Shown here piece after piece: positions 16,658-24,728 of a stretch of 64,000 nucleotides of DNA. The translations under genes and the position numbers were made by a program. Where the stretch lies: positions 49,893-113,892 of the forward strand of contig CALAVC010000224.1 of NCBI GenBank assembly GCA_937892095.1, read 5' to 3'. Source of the DNA: an uncultured Bacteroidales bacterium (GTDB lineage Bacteria; Bacteroidota; Bacteroidia; Bacteroidales; Marinilabiliaceae). The notes under the pieces were generated by a model. That model worked only from the letters and a program-made list of their open reading frames with translations, searched no databases and had not been told where the DNA came from. The first letter of the stretch is position 1. Each line of letters opens with the position of its first letter.

Positions 16658-17557
16658 ATGACACTCAAAAAATTATTCATAGCCCTATGCGCCACTCCTC
16701 TGCTTGTCGGCTGCACAGGAAGTAAGACATCGCAAGACACATTTGAAGATCTGCCCGACAGCCTCAAAGGTGCACCACTCCAACTATCTGAAAACGTAGT
16801 TAACGACATGATTCAAAACATCTCGTCGCCAGTCGAGATGGCCAATCAAATTAAAAATAGTGGTGCAGGCTTCGACCAGTCGGTCCTCAACTCTGCCGAC
16901 AAGATGAAAGACTACGACACAAGTTTTAAGCGTGCGCTCAATCTCGGTGCCTATAGTGCCGACCTTGGCTATATCAACACTTTCAACAAAAACACCGTAG
17001 TAGTCTCTTATCTGCTCGCCGTCAAAGAACTTGCCGATGGACTCAATGTCGGTCAGTTCCTCGACTTTAACACCCTTAGCCGACTTGCCAAGAATAGCAC
17101 CAACCTCGATAGCCTCAAGCTACTCTCGGTTAGTAGCTTCAACGAGATGGACCGTTACCTCCGTCAGCAAAATCGCTCCAATGTCTCCACAGCCATCGTT
17201 GCAGGTGCTTGGGTCGAAGGCATCTACATCACTTGCAAAGTGATTGAGCAAACCAACGACAAAGAACTCGTCAACCGACTTGGCGAACAAAAAGATATTG
17301 TCAACATCTTGCTCATCATCCTCAACAATTATCGTCAGGATGCCAACTTTGCTAACCTTGTCGCACGCGTCGACGGACTCAAGAAAATCTACGACGAAGT
17401 AAAAGTTACTACCGAATTTGGCGAACCTGTAACCAAGGAAGTCGATGGCATGCTCATAATTGAACAAAACGCCATCACAACAGTAGACATCTCGCCCGAG
17501 CAAGTAAGTCAGATAATTGAGCAAGTCAAGAACATTCGTCAGTTCATAGTAGAATAA
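16658..17557 (+). CDS. helical lipoprotein, unknown family (copy A of duplicated pair)
   Basis: Lipobox PLLVGC and a 299-aa ORF. 127/179 core residues are identical to the 18103-19020 product in a gap-free hand alignment. Confidence 0.8.
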   Translation: MTLKKLFIALCATPLLVGCTGSKTSQDTFEDLPDSLKGAPLQLSENVVNDMIQNISSPVEMANQIKNSGAGFDQSVLNSADKMKDYDTSFKRALNLGAYSADLGYINTFNKNTVVVSYLLAVKELADGLNVGQFLDFNTLSRLAKNSTNLDSLKLLSVSSFNEMDRYLRQQNRSNVSTAIVAGAWVEGIYITCKVIEQTNDKELVNRLGEQKDIVNILLIILNNYRQDANFANLVARVDGLKKIYDEVKVTTEFGEPVTKEVDGMLIIEQNAITTVDISPEQVSQIIEQVKNIRQFIVE

Positions 17558-17596
17558 AGCTCAACCGCCCCACAGAATGTAAGTAACCATTCCGCC

Positions 17597-18040
17597 ATGA
17601 AAAAAATGCTCATGTCCCTACTTGCTCTTGTAGCTTGCGCAGTCGGTTCGCACGCCCAATGTGGCGACGAACTCATGAAGCAGGCTCTCGGTGCTATGGG
17701 CAATTATCAATACATCAAAGACTTCGACATAAAGTTGCCGGCGGCATCGAGCAAGACTGGCACAAAATTTTCTGTTGTGCTCAATAGCCGCACCCACTAT
17801 CAGGTCAACATAGCCAACGGAACTACCAACACCGAAAATGTCATCGTGCAGATATTCGATGGCGATAAACTCCTCGGCACCAACTTTGCTAATGGCAAGA
17901 CATTCTCTGTTTTCCAATTTATATGCAGTAAGACAGGTGCTTATAAGCTCAACGTATTCTGCAATGGTGGTACCGATGCTTGCGCACGTGCAGTCCTATC
18001 GCTCGTCAAGCAATATTCCGAAGCCGAAATGCCTAAGTAA
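17597..18040 (+). CDS. small secreted four-Cys protein, unknown family (copy A)
   Basis: Signal peptide MKKMLMSLLALVACAVGSHAQ. The mature part has 4 Cys. 99/119 residues are identical to the 19046-19486 product in a hand alignment. Confidence 0.8.
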   Translation: MKKMLMSLLALVACAVGSHAQCGDELMKQALGAMGNYQYIKDFDIKLPAASSKTGTKFSVVLNSRTHYQVNIANGTTNTENVIVQIFDGDKLLGTNFANGKTFSVFQFICSKTGAYKLNVFCNGGTDACARAVLSLVKQYSEAEMPK

Positions 18041-18102
18041 CACCACAAATATCCAAATAGAACAAACGAAAAACACCAATCAAGCTAAGCAAATCAATCA
18101 CA

Positions 18103-19020
18103 ATGAAACTGCAATATATCTTTGGCGGCTTTGCCGTAGCATCACTCTCACTATCGGTGAGCAGTTGCATATCGGGAAATAGTAATAACGAGCTTGCAGA
18201 CATCCCCGCAGGCGACCAGATGGCCGACACATCTCTCATAGTATCGGGCGAAGTGGTCAGCGACATGATTCAGAACATCTCGTCGCCAGTCGAGATGGCC
18301 AACGAAGTCAAAGGCACGGGTGTCGGTTTCTCGCAGAACTTGCTCAACCCTGCCGGACAAGAAAACAAGTACGAAACAAGCTTCAAGAAAGCAGTCAATT
18401 TGGGTGTTTACGCTGCCGACCTTGGCTACATCAACACTTTCAACAAGAACCTTGTCGTAGTCGACTATCTTGGCTCCATCAAACGTCTGTCTGACGGCAT
18501 CGGTGTCGGTCAGTTCCTCGATTTCAACACTCTCACCCGACTCGCTAAGAACAGCACCAACCTCGATAGCCTCAAGCAACTCTCCGTAACAAGCTTCAAC
18601 GACATCGACCGCTACCTTCGTGAGCAGAACCGCTCTAATGTCTCCACGGCCATAGTGGTTGGCACATGGGTCGAAGGTCTATACATCACCAGCTCGGTTG
18701 TTAAGCAAACGGGTGATAAAGGTCTTATCGATCGTCTTGGCGAACAAAAAGACATAGTCGAAATAATTCGCATAGTTGTCAACGCATATAGCCGTTCCGA
18801 CCGCGACTACAAGAACCTTTCAACCAAGATTGAAGAGCTCCGTAAGATTTACGAGGGAGTGCGTGTAACTACCGAAATGGGTGTCCCCGAAACAAAAGAA
18901 GTTGACGGCATGCTCGTCATCGTACAAAACGAAATTACAACAATAGATTTTGCCGACGACCAAGTGGTGAACAACATCATTGGCAAGATTGCCGAAATCC
19001 GCTCAATGCTCGTCGAATAA
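18103..19020 (+). CDS. helical lipoprotein, unknown family (copy B)
   Basis: Lipobox LSVSSC and 305 aa. Paralog of the 16658-17557 product. Confidence 0.8.
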   Translation: MKLQYIFGGFAVASLSLSVSSCISGNSNNELADIPAGDQMADTSLIVSGEVVSDMIQNISSPVEMANEVKGTGVGFSQNLLNPAGQENKYETSFKKAVNLGVYAADLGYINTFNKNLVVVDYLGSIKRLSDGIGVGQFLDFNTLTRLAKNSTNLDSLKQLSVTSFNDIDRYLREQNRSNVSTAIVVGTWVEGLYITSSVVKQTGDKGLIDRLGEQKDIVEIIRIVVNAYSRSDRDYKNLSTKIEELRKIYEGVRVTTEMGVPETKEVDGMLVIVQNEITTIDFADDQVVNNIIGKIAEIRSMLVE

Positions 19021-19045
19021 CCTAACACACAAAACTAAAACGAAG

Positions 19046-19486
19046 ATGAAAAGAATATTTTTGGCTCTCGCCTTTGTATTAGGTCTTGTATGTTCTTCGC
19101 TCAGTGCCAAGGCACAGTGTGGCGACGAACTCATGAAAGCTGCTCTCGGTGCCATGGGCAACTACCAGTATATTAAAGACTTCGACATAAAACTTGCAAG
19201 TGGAGCAAGCAAAGAAGGCACCAAATTCTCTGTCGTGCTCAACAGCCGTACGCAATACCAACTCAACATTGCCAATGGCTCGTCGAACACGGAGAACGTC
19301 ATTGTCCAGATTTTTGACGGCGACAAGCTACTTGGTACAAACGCAGCCAATGGCAAGGTGTTCACAGCCTTCCAATTCCTTTGTAGCAAGACAGGTGCTT
19401 ACAAGCTCCATGTCTATTGTGAAGGCGGCTCTGAGGCTTGTGCACGTGCAGTCCTATCGCTTGTGAAGCAAATTCCTGCCAACTAA
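19046..19486 (+). CDS. small secreted four-Cys protein, unknown family (copy B)
   Basis: The internal ATG at 19046 gives MKRIFLALAFVLGLVCSSLSAKAQ, a signal peptide. Paralog of the 17597-18040 product. The longer ORF-track start overlaps the upstream gene. Confidence 0.8.
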   Translation: MKRIFLALAFVLGLVCSSLSAKAQCGDELMKAALGAMGNYQYIKDFDIKLASGASKEGTKFSVVLNSRTQYQLNIANGSSNTENVIVQIFDGDKLLGTNAANGKVFTAFQFLCSKTGAYKLHVYCEGGSEACARAVLSLVKQIPAN

Positions 19487-19594
19487 ATGCCATAGGGACA
19501 TTTTGTTAGAAACCAATTACTCACAAACAAACATCCTATTAATGCATCGAGTTAGCGAATGTGTCAGTAGTATGTTTTTCTATACACCAATTTA

Positions 19595-20548
19595 ATGCAT
19601 GAGGTCAAAACATCTTCAGATCCTTTTTCGGTCATCAGCGGTAAAGTGGTGGCTATTTTCTTCATTGTTTTAGTATTCATCGTTGTTCTATTCAATTGCT
19701 TTACTATTGTCGGTCCGTCGGAACGAGGCGTAAAGGTTACACTTGGTGAGGTTGACAATTTTGTATATCCTCCGGGCATTGTTTGGAAAGCTCCGTTCGT
19801 TACGCGAGTCAATAAATTCGTCTTGCAACCAAAGACCTACGAAGTTAGCTTCGAGGTTGGCGACAATGGAGCCATAACAAAAGACATGCAGACAGTTGGT
19901 GCAACAGTGTCGGTTCGTTATACCTACGACGAGAATCGCATTCTTGAAATTGTCAAGAAATACGCCAACGATGCCATCATAGAGTCGGCAATGCGCGACA
20001 ACATCAAAGCGAGCCTTAAAGAAACCACTGGTAAGTATTCTATCTATGCGCTCGTCGAGGAACAAAATAAGATTACGCAAGAGGTGTCGGCAGCTATACT
20101 TTCTCGCATGTCTGACTACCCCATTGCCATTGCTCAGACCACCATTACCAATTGGGATTGGAGCGACGACTTTGACAAGCAGATAAAGGAGACGGCTAAC
20201 CGCAATCAGCAGATTAAAGTGGCCGAAGCCGAAGCCAACATAGCAGCCGCACAAGCACAAAAACTTGTCAAAGAGGCAGAGGCTAAAAAGCAAGCTGCAG
20301 AGCTCGACGCTCAGGCTAAGATTGCAGCAGCTCGTGGCGCTGCCGAAGCCAAAAAATTGGCTGCCGATGCGCAGGCTTATGAGAATCAGCAGATTGCCAA
20401 AAATATGCAGACCATGCAAGCACAATGGAACTACGAGATAGAACTCGAACGTGCCAAGCGTTGGAATGGTAAGCAAGTCTCCGACGCAGCCTACATTGTG
20501 CCTGGCACAGGTGCTGTGGTGCCACTTACTGGCATTAAGTCGAAGTAG
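19595..20548 (+). CDS. SPFH/band-7 (prohibitin/stomatin-like) membrane protein with an Ala/Lys/Glu-rich C-terminal coiled coil
   Basis: N-terminal TM AIFFIVLVFIVVLF followed by FTIVGPSERGVKVTLGEV, typical of SPFH domains. The C-terminal region KVAEAEANIAAAQAQKLVKEAEAKKQAAELDAQAKIAAARGAAEAKKLAADAQ is coiled-coil-like. Confidence 0.8.
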   Translation: MHEVKTSSDPFSVISGKVVAIFFIVLVFIVVLFNCFTIVGPSERGVKVTLGEVDNFVYPPGIVWKAPFVTRVNKFVLQPKTYEVSFEVGDNGAITKDMQTVGATVSVRYTYDENRILEIVKKYANDAIIESAMRDNIKASLKETTGKYSIYALVEEQNKITQEVSAAILSRMSDYPIAIAQTTITNWDWSDDFDKQIKETANRNQQIKVAEAEANIAAAQAQKLVKEAEAKKQAAELDAQAKIAAARGAAEAKKLAADAQAYENQQIAKNMQTMQAQWNYEIELERAKRWNGKQVSDAAYIVPGTGAVVPLTGIKSK

Positions 20549-20580
20549 CGACTATTTAATTTACCCTCTGACATATAGTG

Positions 20581-20620
20581 AGCCTCTACATGATATGTGT
20601 AGAGGCTTTATTTTGTTTTT
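20581..20620 (+). terminator. intrinsic terminator closing the 12228-20548 gene string
   Basis: Perfect 10-bp stem agcctctaca / tgtagaggct with a 7-nt loop, followed by ttattttgttttt. Confidence 0.8.
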
Positions 20621-20655
20621 GTTTTATCTTTATGTGTGTTATAAATCCCGAAAGT

Positions 20656-21564
20656 ATGAAACATTTAACATCTGTAATTGGTTTGTTGTTTGCACTTTGC
20701 GCGACGGCACAAGAATATAGTGTTGAGTTATCTCGTCGCAACAGTCTATATTTGGTAGACACCAAAATTGGTGGGCATACCGAAAAATTCACATTTGACA
20801 CAGGTGCATCATGTACTATGATCAATAGCGACCTATGCACGTTGTTAAAAAGTGAGGGACACCTTACGGAACCTCAACTTTCGACGGTGCTCGTAACGAT
20901 GGCCGATGAAAGTGAAATAGAATGTCGTGTGGTCTACATAGACGAACTGGAAATAGGCAGTGCAAAATTTCAGGACGTCAAAGCGTTATGCGTGCCAGGG
21001 TCTGATGCAGAACCCCTTGTTGGGCATACTATTATCGAACGCATGAGCCGTCATTCGTTTCAGGGGAATAGGCTGACTTTTGAGCTATTGCCAGCCGAAA
21101 GGCAGAAGTACTTGATGGATTGCAATTGGGCAAGCGATCTTCTTAATTATGGAAGTGGATCGGAAGCAGAACTTCAAGAGGTGTATGATATGTTAACGCC
21201 ATATTTTAATAATCAAACGATTGTTTCCGAAGACTTGGATATTTATTGTAGGGCAGTGTATAACCTTGATAGGTTTGATGAGTTTGTAGTGGCATTCGAG
21301 AGGTTGGCCGAAGACAAATCATACGACACACCGACTGACATGTACGATTGTTTGACAGTCGCCTATGCTGTGATAGGCAAACTGAGCGAAGCAAAAATGT
21401 ATCTTGACAAATACGTGCAGAGCGAAGATACGGACCAAGAAATAGTTGGTTACCTACATTTTATGCTTGCCGAGAAAATGTTGTACGCAGGGCAGTATGA
21501 CGAAGTCTTGCACTATGTTGGTCTGCTAAAAGAAATGAATTATAAGCCAGAGAAAGATGAATAA
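20656..21564 (+). CDS. secreted retropepsin-like aspartic protease with a helical (TPR-like) C-terminal half
   Basis: Signal peptide MKHLTSVIGLLFALCATAQ. Catalytic motif FTFDTGASCTMIN (D-T-G-A-S) and a later LVGHTIIERM flap-like motif. The ATG at 20656 is preferred. Confidence 0.7.
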   Translation: MKHLTSVIGLLFALCATAQEYSVELSRRNSLYLVDTKIGGHTEKFTFDTGASCTMINSDLCTLLKSEGHLTEPQLSTVLVTMADESEIECRVVYIDELEIGSAKFQDVKALCVPGSDAEPLVGHTIIERMSRHSFQGNRLTFELLPAERQKYLMDCNWASDLLNYGSGSEAELQEVYDMLTPYFNNQTIVSEDLDIYCRAVYNLDRFDEFVVAFERLAEDKSYDTPTDMYDCLTVAYAVIGKLSEAKMYLDKYVQSEDTDQEIVGYLHFMLAEKMLYAGQYDEVLHYVGLLKEMNYKPEKDE

Positions 21565-22387
21565 GAAAGTATTGCTTGTTTGGGGGGGTCTGATGTGTCT
21601 TGAGGGTGCAAAAGCCCAAGAGGTTGACTATCCGTGTAGTAGCAATATTGCAGATGGAAAATATGAAAAGGCCGAGAAGAAAATATTTAAAGCCCTGCAA
21701 AAAGAGCCAGACGCAACGGTGTATTTTGCAGCATATATGTTATATGCACAGGTGGCATACCCATCCTACGATGTCGAAAAGGCTTATGACTATCTGGAAA
21801 AAAGTCGTGAGGCTTATGGCTCGTCCGAAGAAAAACGACAAGTCAAGTTGCAAAAACATGGTTATTCGACAACGCTATACGATGTCGAAGCCGAAAAAAT
21901 ATGTCAGTCGGCTCTCGACCTTGCCGACCAAGCAAAGACAGTCGATGCATACGAGCATTACTTGACACACTACAAGCGAGCCACCGAAAATCAGCATAAA
22001 ACGGCCACTAACAGTCGAAACGCACTAATCTTTGAGAATGTTGTCAGTGTCAATACAGTCGAGGAATATGAGCGTTTTATAAAGAAATATCCTATGGCTC
22101 TCGAAGTGCCACGAGCCAAAATGCTTCGCAACAAGAAAGCCTACGAAGAGGCCGATCTGGTTGGCACTGTGGCGGCATACAAAGAGTTTGTGAGTCGCTA
22201 TCCACAAGCCACCGAATGTGGGCAAGCTATGTCCAAGATATACAAACTCGAATATGATTCGACCACGAAGCAAAATGTCGAGCAGTTGTCCACAATTGGC
22301 TATGGACAAAGTCGACCAGCTGCAAACAACAACACTGCCGATGGTCGCAAGAAGAATAGACGTGTAGAAATAAAGTTTATCAAGTAG
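21557..22387 (+). CDS. secreted repeat protein (three TVxxYxxF/YxxxYP repeats) ending in only the last ~30 aa of an OmpA-like domain
   Basis: Signal-like N-terminus. Repeats TVDAYEHYLTHYK, TVEEYERFIKKYP and TVAAYKEFVSRYP. The C-terminus STIGYGQSRPAANNNTADGRKKNRRVEIKFIK matches just the final OmpA_C strands. Confidence 0.6.
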   Translation: MNKKVLLVWGGLMCLEGAKAQEVDYPCSSNIADGKYEKAEKKIFKALQKEPDATVYFAAYMLYAQVAYPSYDVEKAYDYLEKSREAYGSSEEKRQVKLQKHGYSTTLYDVEAEKICQSALDLADQAKTVDAYEHYLTHYKRATENQHKTATNSRNALIFENVVSVNTVEEYERFIKKYPMALEVPRAKMLRNKKAYEEADLVGTVAAYKEFVSRYPQATECGQAMSKIYKLEYDSTTKQNVEQLSTIGYGQSRPAANNNTADGRKKNRRVEIKFIK

Positions 22388-22391
22388 AGTC

Positions 22392-23150
22392 TTAAAACCA
22401 ACCCTTGCGCAACCAAAAAATGAAGAAACGTATGGCAATGGGTATGTGGTGTGCCACTGTGCTGAGTAGCCCATAGTGTGTGCGCATGATGGCAAAGCGT
22501 TCGCGAAGCGAGCGTGCAATGTTGTGTTTTGTCATGCCTCCGTCAAGAAAGCGCGACAGAGTCTGCTGACTGTTGCAAACAACTTTTGCCGACTGCAATA
22601 TTCGCACGCACCAATCAAAGTCTGCCGAAAAATGGTAACGTGTGTCGTATTGTGGGCATAAGCTTCGTCGCGCGACGAAAGACTGATGGCTGACCAACAT
22701 CCCTCGTTTGAAGTCGCGCCACGTAAGCGCTTCTGGGGGCGACAGCCTGCGCTGACCAATGGGCTTCCCGTCGTCGCCGACTATTAGCGTGTCGCCATAA
22801 ACGACGTCGGCATCTTCGCTATCAATAATGTCCAATATATGTTTAGCAGTGTCGGCATCGTATAGTTCATCGCCAGCGTTGATAAACCATACGTAGTCTT
22901 GCGAAGCCATGTTAAGACCCTTGTTCATGGCATCGTATATGCCATTGTCGGCTTCGCTAACAGATTGTCGGCGCAAGCCCTCGGGCGACTCATGTGCCAA
23001 CACAATCTGCATAGTCTGGTCGGTCGACAGTCCGTCGACTATTATGTGTTCTATCAGTTGGCGAGCCGACTGCATGTCTACCGAACGCAATGTACGCTCT
23101 ATTGTGCTTTGAGCGTTGCGCACCACAGTTATTATCGAAATGCCTCTCAT
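22392..23150 (-). CDS. glycosyltransferase family 2
   Basis: ISIITVVRNAQSTIERTLRSV...IVDGLSTD with a DxD-like region (NAGDELY). Length is 252 aa. Confidence 0.85.
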   Translation of the reverse strand: MRGISIITVVRNAQSTIERTLRSVDMQSARQLIEHIIVDGLSTDQTMQIVLAHESPEGLRRQSVSEADNGIYDAMNKGLNMASQDYVWFINAGDELYDADTAKHILDIIDSEDADVVYGDTLIVGDDGKPIGQRRLSPPEALTWRDFKRGMLVSHQSFVARRSLCPQYDTRYHFSADFDWCVRILQSAKVVCNSQQTLSRFLDGGMTKHNIARSLRERFAIMRTHYGLLSTVAHHIPIAIRFFIFWLRKGWF

Positions 23151-24421
23151 TGTCTGTTGGCAAGTGCTGTCCTATACGTGCTGATGTACTGCTTTGCTAC
23201 AATCTTTTCGTCGTAGAGCGAATAGGCGTATTCGCTAATTTCTTTTTGCCTTGCAGAAAAACCCATCAAAAGTGTCGACACTATGCCATTGGCAAGCGAT
23301 AGTGAGTTTTTGACTTCGGCCATGTAGCCCACTTTCTCATGTTCCACCATTTCGGGCACTCCACCTATTCGAAAGCCTACAACAGGAGTGCCACACGCAA
23401 GACTTTCCATGACCGTATTGGGCAAATTGTCTTGTAGGCTTGGCAACACAAACGCATCAGCAGCGTTGTATAGGTTGACAAGTGTCTGCCTATCGCGCAC
23501 AAAGTCGAACGAGTGTACGCGAAACGAGTGTCCATCGTCTTGCAGCTTACCTCCTTTCACCTTGCCAAAGACAACAAGTTCTATTTGTTGAGCTATGAGT
23601 GGAAAACTATCGCTAATTATGCGAAGAGCTTCGCTCAAGTAGCGATAGCCTTTGCGAATATCGCTTAGTTTGGCAGCTCCAAAAAGCAGAAGCTTTTTGT
23701 CGGTAGGCAAGCCAAGTGCCATTCGACATGCGCTTTTGTCGCGTGGGCAAAACACGTCGCGTTCTATTGGGTTCGGGATAACCACACACTTCTTGTGGCG
23801 GAAAAGCACAGAGCCACTTGCGCATGAGCACAACCAGTGTGAACAGGCCACAAGCGTCAGGTTGGCATTTCCGTACACACTTTTTTTCTGCTGAAAAATT
23901 TGTTGCGAAAGGTCGGTTTTCGAAGGGTTGCGTAGTAGCGGACAATAGCCACAATGCTCTGCATATTCAAGGCAAGAGCCTGCGTAGTGGCAACCGCCGC
24001 TAAATGCCCACATGTCGTGAAGTGTCCAGACAACAGGCTTGCCCAACTCAAAAAGCTTTTGCAGACCTTGCATAGACAAGTATCCCTGATTTATCCAGTG
24101 TAGATGAATTATGTCTGCATCTTGCACAAGTGGATGCTGACTGATGTCCAGTCCTGTGTTGGCAATAGAAAAATTGTAGCGCATAGACAGTGAGCGCTCC
24201 GACGGCAATATGGTTAGCCTCTCGCCCACAAATCGTCCAAAGGCTTTAATTTGTGCCAATCGTCCGCTTTCGGCCTCTACAATGTTTGTCCCATTACTCT
24301 TCTTATGCTCAACAAGCATGTACGAGTCTATGCCTTCTTTCAAGAGTGCATTATGCAGTCGGTGAGCCGCCACTGAGGCCCCTCCACCAGTGTCTGTCTT
24401 GTTTATGTGTACGACTTTCAT
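23147..24421 (-). CDS. glycosyltransferase family 4 (GT-B, GT1-type)
   Basis: N-terminus MKVVHINKTDTGGGASVAAHRL. The C-terminal half has PSLQDNLPNTVMESLACGTPVVGFRIGGVPEMV (E-x7-E region). It overlaps the downstream GT2 gene by 4 nt. Confidence 0.85.
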   Translation of the reverse strand: MKVVHINKTDTGGGASVAAHRLHNALLKEGIDSYMLVEHKKSNGTNIVEAESGRLAQIKAFGRFVGERLTILPSERSLSMRYNFSIANTGLDISQHPLVQDADIIHLHWINQGYLSMQGLQKLFELGKPVVWTLHDMWAFSGGCHYAGSCLEYAEHCGYCPLLRNPSKTDLSQQIFQQKKSVYGNANLTLVACSHWLCSCASGSVLFRHKKCVVIPNPIERDVFCPRDKSACRMALGLPTDKKLLLFGAAKLSDIRKGYRYLSEALRIISDSFPLIAQQIELVVFGKVKGGKLQDDGHSFRVHSFDFVRDRQTLVNLYNAADAFVLPSLQDNLPNTVMESLACGTPVVGFRIGGVPEMVEHEKVGYMAEVKNSLSLANGIVSTLLMGFSARQKEISEYAYSLYDEKIVAKQYISTYRTALANRQ

Positions 24422-24469
24422 ACTCTTCCAAAGATACTGTTTTCTGAACCTTATATCAAAAATATGCCG

Positions 24470-24477
24470 TAACTTTG
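24470..24477 (+). promoter_or_regulatory. candidate -7 promoter box (TAACTTTG) for thiS
   Basis: Exact TAnnTTTG match, 49 nt upstream of the thiS ATG. Confidence 0.35.
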
Positions 24478-24525
24478 GACGTTGCGCAAGCCTTTTGCGC
24501 CCTTATACATCAACACGCAGTTCTT

Positions 24526-24723
24526 ATGATAGTCTACGTTAACGACAAGCCCACCGAACTGCTCGGAAAGACGGTGGCCGACCTTGTAGAAGAACTACAC
24601 TTACCACAGACGGGCATTGCTGTGGCCAAAGGACAAGACATCGTGCCACGCCCCGATTGGGCACAAACTTTTCTTAGCGAAGGCGATCGCCTCATTGTTA
24701 TTCGTGCCGCAAGTGGTGGGTAA
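24526..24723 (+). CDS. thiS: sulfur carrier protein ThiS
   Basis: 65 aa from the ATG at 24526 (MIVYVNDKP...), ending in the diagnostic C-terminal GG. It lies directly upstream of thiE and thiG. Confidence 0.85.
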   Translation: MIVYVNDKPTELLGKTVADLVEELHLPQTGIAVAKGQDIVPRPDWAQTFLSEGDRLIVIRAASGG

Positions 24724-24728
24724 GAGAT

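Larger units (their letters stand above)
16658..19486 (+). repeat. tandem duplication of a two-gene cassette (units roughly 16658-18102 and 18103-19486)
   Basis: Both proteins of unit 1 have paralogs in the same order in unit 2. Long near-identical stretches survive at DNA level, for example 16805-16845 versus 18262-18302 (40/41 nt). Confidence 0.9.

Noticed and set aside
19688-20476. 262-aa minus-strand ORF inside the SPFH gene, plus similar long antisense ORFs at 43173-44021, 24780-25373, 28274-28861, 33569-34264, 54640-55245 and 58469-59254
   Set aside because: Each lies opposite a gene with strong motif support. None has a signal, domain or plausible start context. Long antisense frames of this kind are expected by chance opposite real genes.
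24422-24525. Possible TPP riboswitch upstream of thiS (a ctgaacc stretch vaguely like the aptamer)
   Set aside because: The conserved core elements (GGGG-gc, CUGAGA and the ACCUGAUCUGGAUAAUGCCAGCG-like segment) are absent. The leader left after the -7 box is too short for an aptamer. A covariance-model search is still needed to be certain.
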